Virus record (IMG/VR): IMGVR_UViG_2734482786_000001
Location: 1 to 25,360 of that record
Origin: a virus
Lineage: Duplodnaviria; Heunggongvirae; Uroviricota; Caudoviricetes
Length of the DNA stretch: 25,360 bases
Strand: one strand, 5' to 3'
The translations under genes were made by a program, and so were the position numbers. The notes beneath the pieces are model-generated. The model ran no database searches. It was not told the origin of the DNA and saw nothing but the letters and a program-made list of their open reading frames with translations. Every line of letters begins with the position of its first letter. The stretch's first letter is position 1. Shown here in pieces: positions 17,449-25,360 of the stretch.

Positions 17449-18302
17449 GCACGTACTCCGTACACGGCAGAACTATCCACGCCACGCGAATAATCAAATC
17501 CCATCCAGCAGCACGGCCCGGAAACAGCAATGATTTCTGTTGCTGATTTACCCTCGCCAGCTGCCACACCGATGCTGCGTTTTACCTTGATATAGTGGTG
17601 AGTAAAATTGCGATACAGCGAACGGATCAGGGATGTGTCACTGTTAGAAACAATGACTGGATGTCCTTCTGATGACCGATGTTCAAGAACGGATGCCAGG
17701 TGATACTGGTCATCTTCAGTGAAACCATCAGTGTGATAGCCGGAAAACGTACCGTCATACGGCGGATCGCAATACACCACATCTCCCGCGTGCAACATTG
17801 CCAGCGTTTCATCGAAGCTGGCGCAGATAAATGTTGCCCGCTGGGCTTTTTCTGCAAATGCACGAATTTCTTTTTCAGGGAAATACGGATTTTTATAATT
17901 ACCGTAGGGAATGTTGAAATGCCCGCTCTTGTTATAGCGACATAAACCACGGTAACCGTGCCGATTGAGATACAGGAAATATACCGCTTTCATGAAATCA
18001 GTAATTTCAGTGGAGTAATTAAACTCCTGCCTTATGTTGTAATAAGCCACCTCCCTGTTTGCGATCTCAAATAAAACTCTGGCGCGAGATATAAACGATT
18101 CACAATCAGCGGCAACCTTTTTATAGAGGTTGATTAAATCAGGATTAATATCCGCAACCAAATAGCTGGGGTAATCCGTCTCCATCATCACAGCACAAGA
18201 ACCCGCGAAAGGTTCAACCAGTCGCGGGCCAGCAGGAAGGTGTTTTTTCAGTTCGGACATAATGGCGGTTTTATTACCCGCCCATTTCAGGATGGTGCTC
18301 AT
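17445..18302 (-). CDS. dam: DNA adenine methyltransferase (Dam family, N6-adenine)
   Basis: 285 aa; AdoMet motif I ([10 protein letters not shown]) and catalytic DPPY ([12 protein letters not shown]). Confidence 0.85.
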   Translation of the reverse strand: MSTILKWAGNKTAIMSELKKHLPAGPRLVEPFAGSCAVMMETDYPSYLVADINPDLINLYKKVAADCESFISRARVLFEIANREVAYYNIRQEFNYSTEITDFMKAVYFLYLNRHGYRGLCRYNKSGHFNIPYGNYKNPYFPEKEIRAFAEKAQRATFICASFDETLAMLHAGDVVYCDPPYDGTFSGYHTDGFTEDDQYHLASVLEHRSSEGHPVIVSNSDTSLIRSLYRNFTHHYIKVKRSIGVAAGEGKSATEIIAVSGPCCWMGFDYSRGVDSSAVYGVRA

Positions 18303-18526
18303 ACAGCACCTCCGTTGTAATGTTTACCTTTCAGCTCTGCGATTTCCTGACAGGTAATGCAAAGCTGCACTCCCGGAATGGCGCGGCGGCGTGCTGGCGG
18401 AATTGGCGCTTCACACTCAATGCAAAGCACGCGAGACACGCCCGGTGTTTTGGCACGGGCAGCACGGATGTGGCGCTGGCGTTCTTCTTCAACGCGCTGC
18501 TGTACGAGATCCATTGCATCAGCCAT
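18299..18526 (-). CDS. TraR/DksA-family C4 zinc-finger protein
   Basis: 75 aa; CxxC…CxxC (CIECEAP…LCITCQ). Confidence 0.65.
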   Translation of the reverse strand: MADAMDLVQQRVEEERQRHIRAARAKTPGVSRVLCIECEAPIPPARRRAIPGVQLCITCQEIAELKGKHYNGGAV

Positions 18527-18759
18527 TAGTGGATCTCCTGCGCTTCGTTCTGGATTGCTTCAGCAGTCACACGCAGCAGTTCTGCCGCTTCGACGTGGTT
18601 TAGCTGGCGGGATGTAATATGACACGCCAGACTATCAAGGCGAGCTGCCATTGCTTCAGCCCTTGCCCGGCGTTCTTCCAGACGAGCCTCTGTCAGTAAA
18701 ATATTAAGCCCTGCGTCATCCGGTCCGGTTTTGGTCGTGAGGGTTTCAATATTACGCAT
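18526..18759 (-). CDS. Hypothetical early protein
   Basis: ATG at 18759 with AGGAG RBS; translationally coupled to the downstream zinc-finger gene (TAATG). Confidence 0.5.
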   Translation of the reverse strand: MRNIETLTTKTGPDDAGLNILLTEARLEERRARAEAMAARLDSLACHITSRQLNHVEAAELLRVTAEAIQNEAQEIH

Positions 18760-18826
18760 AATCAATTCTCCTGAATTTAGATAAAGGGATGCCTGGCGGG
18801 TTTACGCCATTAATTTCATTAGTTGG

Positions 18827-19168
18827 TTAATTCGGCATGGTTAGCCGTCTGGGAAATAAGCTCACCACTGCACGAAAATGATTCATTGTTTTAATCAACT
18901 CCCGCTTTTCGTCAGTGGTCAGCTCATTAATGCTGATGCTATGACGTTCAGCTGGAATTTTTGCCATAAAGAATATGGCAGCCAGTGCCCGTTTATTTTG
19001 TTCGCTATTAATATCCCGTGAATCACGCATATCTTTAATAAACCGCTCAAGCTCTGACTCAATATTCAGGCCAAAAACTTTCGCCCTTAACTCCGCAATG
19101 TGATTAAGTCCATTCAGGCGTTCACCGGGGCTTAATGGAACAGTCGCCGCAGTGCAATTAATTGCCAT
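18827..19168 (-). CDS. Hypothetical early protein (113 aa)
   Basis: ATG with GGGGA RBS; in the early lytic operon between CII and A. Confidence 0.5.
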   Translation of the reverse strand: MAINCTAATVPLSPGERLNGLNHIAELRAKVFGLNIESELERFIKDMRDSRDINSEQNKRALAAIFFMAKIPAERHSISINELTTDEKRELIKTMNHFRAVVSLFPRRLTMPN

Positions 19169-19190
19169 AATTCATATCCCCAAAACGCAA

Positions 19191-19415
19191 CTATCGTTGT
19201 TTGTTATTACGGTAACGTTCAAGAGGAGATACATTTTTTCGTATCGTCTCTTTAACCTGCTCTCCCCGTAAAAACGTCCCATCCTTTAGCGTGAAAAAGT
19301 AACTGCCATCGCCCGACAACGACGGATAACAACAGAGCAAATCATCTTCAGGTACTGAATAACTCTCCCCTCTGTAACGAAACTGATAAACCACTTCACC
19401 TTCCGCTGCATACAT
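19191..19415 (-). CDS. Hypothetical early protein (74 aa), possibly Fil/Dhr-position gene
   Basis: ATG preceded by GAGGAAACAGAGAAA; overlaps another ORF in a different frame (see findings). Confidence 0.4.
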   Translation of the reverse strand: MYAAEGEVVYQFRYRGESYSVPEDDLLCCYPSLSGDGSYFFTLKDGTFLRGEQVKETIRKNVSPLERYRNNKQR

Positions 19416-19582
19416 TTTGACTTTCTCTGTTTCCTCGTGGTCAATTCAGACAGCAATTCGTCTTGTGAATGACATGGATGCCAGCGTTTTCCATCCTCAC
19501 CCATGATCCAGCCGTGACCGTAGTGCATTGCCGGGCTTTGCTTTACCAGCAGCGATGCAAATGATGGTTCTTTCGTCAGCAT
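19286..19582 (-). CDS. Hypothetical ORF immediately downstream of cII, overlapping the 74-aa ORF
   Basis: ATG at 19582 with GAGGTG RBS, 8 nt after the cII stop; the 3' two thirds overlap 19191..19415 out of frame, so extent is uncertain. Confidence 0.3.
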   Translation of the reverse strand: MLTKEPSFASLLVKQSPAMHYGHGWIMGEDGKRWHPCHSQDELLSELTTRKQRKSKCMQRKVKWFISFVTEGRVIQYLKMICSVVIRRCRAMAVTFSR

Positions 19583-19589
19583 AAGCACC

Positions 19590-20099
19590 TCACAGCAACC
19601 CGAATGAAGCACCGAGACCAGTTACGGTATCAACTGCACTTGCCATCGCAGGATTAGCCTGTAAACGGGCCTGCAATGAAACAGCAGCCAGCGCCATCAG
19701 TCGTGTAACAGAGTTAATGCTGCTGATCGCATCACGACGGCCTGCACTGGTTTTTACATCGCCAGAAACCGCACCAGCCGCGACACGCCCTATCTCTGCA
19801 GTTGCACTCATGACGTAATGCGGTAGTTTCTCTTTTGCCACCTCATTAATCGGAACACATGGCAGACAATGAATCTGTGCCAGAAAACCATCTACCAGCG
19901 TTGAATCTTCAGTCAGATCGGTAAGTAGCCAGATATCTCGTGCAGTGAGCTGATGCGGTTGTTCCGGGTTCAGCTTGTTACGCAGCGTCTGGACGTTCAT
20001 TCCCGCGAGTTCTGCTAGCTTCGCCATATTGTGACGTAGTGCAAAAGCTCTACAGGCTTCATCAAAATGCGGATGTTTGGAAATCTTGTAATCAAACAT
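19590..20099 (-). CDS. cII: CII-like lysogeny establishment activator (phage 186 CII family)
   Basis: 169 aa, same length as 186 CII; HTH segment NMAKLAELAGMNVQTLRNKLNPEQPH matches 186 CII as recalled; AGGGAG RBS. Confidence 0.8.
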   Translation of the reverse strand: MFDYKISKHPHFDEACRAFALRHNMAKLAELAGMNVQTLRNKLNPEQPHQLTARDIWLLTDLTEDSTLVDGFLAQIHCLPCVPINEVAKEKLPHYVMSATAEIGRVAAGAVSGDVKTSAGRRDAISSINSVTRLMALAAVSLQARLQANPAMASAVDTVTGLGASFGLL

Positions 20100-20131
20100 G
20101 GTGCTCCCTTAGAAAGTTCCCATAATTGAAA

Positions 20132-20374
20132 TTACTTACCAACAATGACGCGGAAGTTGGAATGACCGAGGGATTCACGGACCTGATCAGTTTTGTACAT
20201 CAGATAACGCAGGCTTACGCGGCCTTTGTTTTTTTCTTTCTTGACCATGTACTTAGCGAGTTGACCATGGTGAATTTTTTGGTAAACAGACCCGCGGGAA
20301 ATCCCTTCCCATTCAGCGAATTCAGCAGGCGTAGCCATCTCTTTTGGTACACGAATTGAAATATCTGTGCTCAT
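20132..20374 (-). CDS. apl: Apl/Cox-like HTH excisionase-regulator
   Basis: 80-aa HTH protein, first gene of the lytic operon, oriented away from the CI repressor gene. Confidence 0.65.
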   Translation of the reverse strand: MSTDISIRVPKEMATPAEFAEWEGISRGSVYQKIHHGQLAKYMVKKEKNKGRVSLRYLMYKTDQVRESLGHSNFRVIVGK

Positions 20375-20420
20375 AGTGCAGTATCTCTTGGTTTAAGCTC
20401 GTTTTATGATGTTTAACCCC

Positions 20421-20447
20421 AACTTCTAAACTCTCATATTAGAAGTT
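20421..20447. promoter_or_regulatory. Candidate repressor operator: AACTTCTAA-N9-TTAGAAGTT perfect inverted repeat
   Basis: 9-bp perfectly complementary arms around a 9-bp spacer in the apl/cI intergenic region, adjacent to the predicted lytic-promoter start site. Confidence 0.45.
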
Positions 20448-20454
20448 AAATACA

Positions 20455-20483
20455 AAAATACGATCTCGTTATTGGATTGTCAA
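20455..20483 (-). promoter_or_regulatory. Candidate lytic promoter (pR-like): TTGACA-17 bp-TATTTT on the minus strand
   Basis: Consensus -35 (rc of 20478..20483), 17-bp spacer, -10 TATTTT (rc of 20455..20460); directs transcription toward apl/cII. Confidence 0.45.
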
Positions 20484-20497
20484 ATGGAGAGTTCATC

Positions 20498-21127
20498 TTG
20501 AAGATTAGTACAGGTGCAAATACGGGAGGGAGAGAGACCATCAAAAGGCTGATGACAGCCTATGGTTTCAACACTCAGATAGCGTTGGTTGAACACCTCG
20601 AAGCATCAAAAAGCACCATGGCAAACAGGATGTTACGTGATAGCTTCCCTGCTGACTGGGTTATTCAATGTGCCCTTGAAACAGGTATTTCTCTTCTTTG
20701 GCTGACAACGGGCCAAGGGGAAATGTATCCTCAAACAGAAGAAAAAAATAAGTTCAAAAACGAGAGTTCACCTACAGTTCGCCCCCTTTCAAAGATAGTT
20801 ATCCCATCAGTAAGGCAGGCAACCATTGAGAACGGAACGCTCGAAGAGATGGGGGATGTTTTCCTTGATCAGACTTTGATACCCGGAAAAGCCGAATATT
20901 GTTTGTACGTCAAAGCTAACGACGGCAATTACATTGTTGATACATCAACAAAACAGCTTAGTAACGGAATTTGGCTCATAGACATCGACGGTATGAAAAA
21001 CATCGTCAAAATTGCGCGCATACCTGGAAACAAAATAGTAGTTAACCAAGATGACACTTCATTTGAATGTTCTGTAGATGATGTGGAAGTCGTAGGACGT
21101 GCAGTCAAAGTAATCAAGAACCTCTAA
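20498..21127 (+). CDS. cI: CI-type immunity repressor (186 CI-like)
   Basis: HTH region …AYGF…CALETGISLLWLTTGQGE… resembles 186 CI. The track ORF starts at TTG 20477 without RBS; TTG 20498 is preceded by GGAGAG at 6-nt spacing. Start uncertain. Confidence 0.75.
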   Translation: MKISTGANTGGRETIKRLMTAYGFNTQIALVEHLEASKSTMANRMLRDSFPADWVIQCALETGISLLWLTTGQGEMYPQTEEKNKFKNESSPTVRPLSKIVIPSVRQATIENGTLEEMGDVFLDQTLIPGKAEYCLYVKANDGNYIVDTSTKQLSNGIWLIDIDGMKNIVKIARIPGNKIVVNQDDTSFECSVDDVEVVGRAVKVIKNL

Positions 21128-21130
21128 CTT

Positions 21131-22150
21131 ATGACCATCAGAAAACAGCCGAACGGAAAATGGTTGTGTGAGTGCTATCCCAATGGACGCAATGGTAAGC
21201 GCGTGCGTAAGCAATTTGCTACCAAAGGCGAAGCTATTGCATTTGAAAGCTTCACAATGGAAGAAGTGAACAAAAAACCATGGCTGGGGGAAAAGGAAGA
21301 TCGGCGACATTTATCAGAATTAATTGAGCTGTGGTATTCCCTGTATGGTCAAACACTCACAGACCCCAAGCGCCTCATGGCGAAACTTAGTATTATCTGT
21401 AATGGTCTAGGCGATCCCATCGCTTCAGAACTGACAGCCGGTGACTTTACGAAATACCGCGAAGCACGGTTAAAAGGTGAAGTACGAAATGAAGATGGCA
21501 CGCTTATGTCGCCCGTTAAGCCCCGCACGGTAAACCTTGAACAGCGCAATCTATCATCTGTTTTTGGTACACTGAAAAAGCTGGGCCACTGGTCAGCCCC
21601 CAACCCGCTTGCCGGGCTGCCAACATTTAAAATTGCTGAGAGTGAATTGGCGTTCCTGACCCCGGAAGAAATTAAACGTCTGCTGGATGCCTGTGCTGAT
21701 TCTCAAAGCTCTAGTCTGCTGACGGTTGCAAAAATATGTCTGGCCACCGGCGCGAGATGGAGTGAAGCCGAAAACCTGCAGGGCCATCAATTATCAAAAT
21801 ACCGGATCACCTACACCAAAACTAAAGGCAAGAAAAACCGAACCGTACCGATATCTCAGGAGCTATATGAAGAACTCCCCAAAAACAGAGGGAAACTATT
21901 CACGCCCTGCAGAAAAGCTTTTGAGCGCGCAGTAAAACGAGCCGGTATAGACCTGCCTGAAGGCCAGTGCACACACGTGTTGCGCCATACATTCGCCAGT
22001 CACTTCATGATGAATGGCGGAAACATATTGGTACTACGCGATATTCTTGGTCACTCTGATATAAAAATGACGATGGTTTATGCTCATTTTTCGCCAGATC
22101 ATTTAGAAGATGCTGTAACAAAAAATCCACTGGCTATGTTGGGATACTGA
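21131..22150 (+). CDS. int: Tyrosine integrase (P2/186 family)
   Basis: 339 aa; C-terminal catalytic region HVLRHTFASH…LGHSDIKMTMVYAH (R…H-x-x-R…Y). Confidence 0.9.
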   Translation: MTIRKQPNGKWLCECYPNGRNGKRVRKQFATKGEAIAFESFTMEEVNKKPWLGEKEDRRHLSELIELWYSLYGQTLTDPKRLMAKLSIICNGLGDPIASELTAGDFTKYREARLKGEVRNEDGTLMSPVKPRTVNLEQRNLSSVFGTLKKLGHWSAPNPLAGLPTFKIAESELAFLTPEEIKRLLDACADSQSSSLLTVAKICLATGARWSEAENLQGHQLSKYRITYTKTKGKKNRTVPISQELYEELPKNRGKLFTPCRKAFERAVKRAGIDLPEGQCTHVLRHTFASHFMMNGGNILVLRDILGHSDIKMTMVYAHFSPDHLEDAVTKNPLAMLGY

Positions 22151-22152
22151 TA

Positions 22153-23184
22153 ATGGAAAAAAGCATTAGCACATTTATGTACCTATCCGTTTTATTAGGT
22201 TGTATATTCTTATTTATAAAATATCGACTTTATGTTCTCGATCATAGAAGCCTGTTCCAACAACCCTTGTTCTGGGCTGCAATAGGCCTACCTTTATTCA
22301 CCAGCCTTTACTTTGGTTCTTTTGTCTGGATAGATAAAATACACTCTTTTAGTCTTACAAGTCACGGTTATGAGAGATTTTTAGATATCTCGAAATTACC
22401 ATTACTCATCCTTGCATCTGCAGTACCTTTAGTTTCAATAGTAAACAACCTACACAGAACCAAACAAACAGAAAAACAGATCTCAGAGGCAGAAAGGAAA
22501 AACAGGGTAGATTTATATTACAACCACATGAAATTTCATCTTGATTTATATAAAAAAATCGAAGGAAAAAGAATAGGCAGCTACTACCCGGTTCAGGAAG
22601 CTCAAGCTGAAGCAATCTACCAACATTTTATAAAACATCCACAAGAACTATATAGAAAAGCATACCCACAATCTACGCCTGATGATTCTCAACAATTAGA
22701 TATTAATGAGCAATTTGTTATTGATTTACACAAATGTTGGGTAGAAATCAACGCAAGACTCAAGCAATTATCCGAGAGTGAAAATCAAATACATCCTACA
22801 GAGGAACTTTGCACAACAAAGATGAGAATATTTGTAGGAGTTATGATTATTTATGAAAAAACTTGTAAACTGTTGTGTTTAGGTGGATTTCATTATAAAA
22901 AGTCATTTGTAATAAATGATAGTTATAATAAATACCAAGTTTATTCACCATTTTATGATTTTGGCACTCTGTACGAATCACTGCAATCCTTAGAAGAGAT
23001 AACCTACGCCTTCTTGGATACTTGCAGAAATGAAGTGGTAAACTTGTACTTCCCTATAGAAGATAAAATTTTGATATATGGTGAAGGGATTCTAGAGAAT
23101 TGGTTCAAGTATTCTCAGTTCTTGATCACTATAGCTTATCAACCCGCCAAGATGTCTCGCTTACCCCAGCTGAGACGCGATTGA
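22153..23184 (+). CDS. Membrane-anchored protein of unknown function (cargo between int and att)
   Basis: 343 aa; ATG 2 nt after the int stop; three predicted N-terminal transmembrane helices, then a ~230-aa soluble domain with no motif recognised by eye; markedly AT-rich. Confidence 0.6.
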   Translation: MEKSISTFMYLSVLLGCIFLFIKYRLYVLDHRSLFQQPLFWAAIGLPLFTSLYFGSFVWIDKIHSFSLTSHGYERFLDISKLPLLILASAVPLVSIVNNLHRTKQTEKQISEAERKNRVDLYYNHMKFHLDLYKKIEGKRIGSYYPVQEAQAEAIYQHFIKHPQELYRKAYPQSTPDDSQQLDINEQFVIDLHKCWVEINARLKQLSESENQIHPTEELCTTKMRIFVGVMIIYEKTCKLLCLGGFHYKKSFVINDSYNKYQVYSPFYDFGTLYESLQSLEEITYAFLDTCRNEVVNLYFPIEDKILIYGEGILENWFKYSQFLITIAYQPAKMSRLPQLRRD

Positions 23185-23300
23185 TGATGGCGACATTTTG
23201 GCGGCAGAGCTTTAAAAACAGATAAAACTGTCAAACACCACATAACACTAAAGTATTGTTTTTAAACATAAATCATTATTTTTTCTGTAGTAAAAATGGT

Positions 23301-23345
23301 ATGTAGGAATTTCGGACGCGGGTTCAACTCCCGCCAGCTCCACCA
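23301..23345 (+). repeat. Prophage attachment-site core: 45-nt duplicate of the ssrA (tmRNA) 3' end
   Basis: ATGTAGGAATTTCGGACGCGGGTTCAACTCCCGCCAGCTCCACCA matches the 3' terminus of E. coli tmRNA as recalled; upstream flank is AT-rich phage DNA, not tmRNA body. Confidence 0.75.
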
Positions 23346-23472
23346 ATCATGATTGGACGGTGTAAGGACAACACCAACAAAAACAGGAAGTTAGAAGTCT
23401 CAGCAAAACACCGACCAGACGGTGAGGAGACATAAAAGGATACGCAAAGGAGCCGCGGCTCCTGGTAACATG

Positions 23473-23496
23473 AAAGCCCACAGATGTGGGCTTTTT
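23473..23496. terminator. Stem-loop terminator between the att core and the convergent autotransporter gene
   Basis: AAAGCCCACA-ga-TGTGGGCTTT followed by TT on the plus strand; 10 bp beyond the autotransporter stop. Confidence 0.4.
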
Positions 23497-23505
23497 CGTT
23501 GATGG

Positions 23506-25360
23506 TCAGAACGACCAGTTCACACCAGCTACCGCGTTCCACGGGGATTCCACACCGGCACTATGGCTATACCCCACCCCAAGATGCCCGCTTAACGTAC
23601 TGCTGAATGAGGCTTTAATACCTGCCTGGTATATTCCACGTCTGCCCGACAAATAATTGACGAAATTACCGTCACTATTCACTTTCACCCGGTTATCATC
23701 GACAAATTCTTTGCGCACAGCCGCCTTCAGCCACGGCTCAACTTCCATACCGTTCCCCAGACGCATGTTGTAACTCAGCGTTGCGCCCAGTTCACGATAT
23801 ATACTGCGGGTATCGACTGATTTCGATTTCATGCCATTGGATAAATGATATTCGGGGTTATCAGCGGTGAACCCCGTTAACGATGCATACGGCGTCAGGT
23901 TCCAGTTACCATCGGTAAATCGCATCCCGGTTTCAATGTGACCGCCCAGCCCGTTGCTGTGGTAACTGCCATTGGCGGCTCCACCGCTGCTCATTTTACC
24001 TGCTACGTTACTTTTAAAACGGTTCAGCTTCACGACACCGTCCAGATAGAAACCACTTTCATGTTCCCAACTGGCATAGCCGCCCAGAGAATAACTGCCC
24101 ACACTGCCATGTCCTCCGCGATCAAAACCGATATGTGAATGGGAATAGCCCATAAAAGCGCCTAGCGTGGTAATTCCTTCAGGAATATCATTACGGCTGT
24201 CGATCCCCACTGTCATTCCGGTCAGCGTCTGCTCAAACCCGGCACCCGCATCGGTGGTGACATTATTACGGGTGTTATACGTCGCCCCCCAGACATTATT
24301 GTTGTGTGGACTCGCTTTCATTATGTTCAACCGCTCGCGAATACTGTTTAGCTCAGCATCAAATACCAACGGTAATGTTGCTGCCATATTGAGTACGGCT
24401 GCCGTAGAAGGCGTAATGCGTTTCTCCGGAACGGGTGTCGGCGTTGGATCGGGAGTAGGGTCTGGTTTTGGATTTGGGTCTGGCTTTGGATCGGGTTTTG
24501 GGTCTGGCTTTGGATTTGGGATGGGGTCCGGGTTGGGTTTGACATCATTGGTCAGGTTCCAGTTGCTGTTGCCGTCACTTTTCAGGACATACTCATAGGT
24601 CCCAAGATCAACGAAACCGCCGGTATTGCCCAGCGTAAACGAAGCATCCCCTCCCCCTGTTTTCACCAGCGTCATCGCGTCGTCAGACTGTGGGCTGACG
24701 CCGGTATCCTGAACAAAGATTTTAAAATTACCAGTGGCGTTGTTGTTGACGACCAGTTGATCGCCCCGGGAGCCTGCAACGTTGGTATGCAGGTAGAAAT
24801 TACCGCTACCGGAAAGTTCATTGGTTGTCAGCGTATTGTAGATACCGTTAGTTGTGGCAGGCGCTGCTGTTTGTGCTGACAAATAAACATCACCGTCGTT
24901 GAGTAGCAAACTGTTTACTCTATATTCGCAGTTGCTGGTACCTGCACAGGAATTATTGCTGTTAAGCCAGACACTGCCCCGGCTGGCAGCCGTCAGGTCG
25001 GCAAGCGTGGTATCGACGCCATTTCCCAGAGTCAATGTCGCGCTATCGGTAATCCGGACCGCCCCTTCGAGTTTAACTGGCGTAACATTATCCCGTGGCG
25101 TCATTAACGACAGGCTTCCTGTCGCGCCACTGACCGATGCATCCGCCAGCGTACCTGCGTAGACGATTGCCGTACCGCCAGCGACCTGGAGATCTTCTGC
25201 CCGGGCCAGAGCCTGAAACTCATCTTTTGACCGCCCAAGGGTATATTGCCCGCCAGAGTTAACCTTTGTGGCGGAGTCCTGACCCAGGTTTTGCATTGCC
25301 CCACCCTTGCCAACCGTGGAGTCGCGAGCTTCGGTACCTGCTAAGGAAGGTGCGAACAAG
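23506..25360 (-). CDS. Autotransporter (type Va) outer-membrane protein, C-terminal part; gene continues beyond window end (host gene, possibly YpjA-like)
   Basis: C-terminal beta-barrel-type domain ending …VNWSF, Pro-rich PDPKPDP linker, Ser/Thr/Gly/Asn-rich passenger; no start codon context in window. Confidence 0.8.
   Translation of the reverse strand, partial: LFAPSLAGTEARDSTVGKGGAMQNLGQDSATKVNSGGQYTLGRSKDEFQALARAEDLQVAGGTAIVYAGTLADASVSGATGSLSLMTPRDNVTPVKLEGAVRITDSATLTLGNGVDTTLADLTAASRGSVWLNSNNSCAGTSNCEYRVNSLLLNDGDVYLSAQTAAPATTNGIYNTLTTNELSGSGNFYLHTNVAGSRGDQLVVNNNATGNFKIFVQDTGVSPQSDDAMTLVKTGGGDASFTLGNTGGFVDLGTYEYVLKSDGNSNWNLTNDVKPNPDPIPNPKPDPKPDPKPDPNPKPDPTPDPTPTPVPEKRITPSTAAVLNMAATLPLVFDAELNSIRERLNIMKASPHNNNVWGATYNTRNNVTTDAGAGFEQTLTGMTVGIDSRNDIPEGITTLGAFMGYSHSHIGFDRGGHGSVGSYSLGGYASWEHESGFYLDGVVKLNRFKSNVAGKMSSGGAANGSYHSNGLGGHIETGMRFTDGNWNLTPYASLTGFTADNPEYHLSNGMKSKSVDTRSIYRELGATLSYNMRLGNGMEVEPWLKAAVRKEFVDDNRVKVNSDGNFVNYLSGRRGIYQAGIKASFSSTLSGHLGVGYSHSAGVESPWNAVAGVNWSF

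Larger units (their letters stand above)
1..23345. mobile_element. P2/186-like temperate myovirus prophage (partial; continues beyond window start), ending at the ssrA-derived att core
   Basis: Colinear P2-type module order H-I-J-W-V-S-R-lysis-X-L-M-N-O on minus strand and P-Q on plus strand, then cos-like sequence, replication gene A, CII/Apl/CI switch and a tyrosine integrase; ends at a 45-nt ssrA 3' fragment. Confidence 0.85.

Noticed and set aside
23301-23345. Possible complete tmRNA or tRNA gene
   Set aside because: Only the 3'-terminal 45 nt of ssrA is present; the upstream sequence does not match the tmRNA body, so this is an att duplicate, not an RNA gene.
23324-23542. 72-aa minus-strand ORF
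   Set aside because: Spans the att core, terminator hairpin and intergenic DNA; no RBS; implausible as a gene.
24438-24540. Possible CRISPR array or non-coding tandem repeat
   Set aside because: The repeats are in-frame codon repeats for a Pro-rich linker inside the autotransporter ORF; no spacer/repeat architecture and no cas genes.

Overview
Nearly the whole window (1..23345) is a P2/186-family temperate myovirus prophage, ending at a 45-nt copy of the 3' end of ssrA (tmRNA) at 23301..23345; the last 2 kb is host DNA encoding the C-terminal part of an autotransporter. All calls rest on reading the ORF translations and the DNA by eye and on recalled family motifs; no database search was run. 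Prophage gene order, left to right: tail fibre H (partial), baseplate I/J/W/V, tail completion S/R, lysis cassette (LysC/LysB spanins, LysA, SAR endolysin, pinholin), X, head genes L/M/N/O (all minus strand), then terminase P and portal Q (plus strand), a candidate cos site, an SOS-controlled tum/DinI-like operon, replication gene A, a Dam methyltransferase, early genes, CII, Apl, the CI switch region, and integrase. Two AT-rich cargo islands interrupt this backbone and are the best candidates for undescribed systems: a DUF262/DUF1524 (GmrSD-like) nuclease between cos and the portal gene (12349..14130), and a 343-aa membrane-anchored protein of unknown function between integrase and the attachment site (22153..23184). 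Other points of interest are a tum-like gene that appears split into two frames near a homopolymer, a strong LexA box, a perfect palindromic operator in the switch region, and two TGT-N12-ACA late-promoter dyads.
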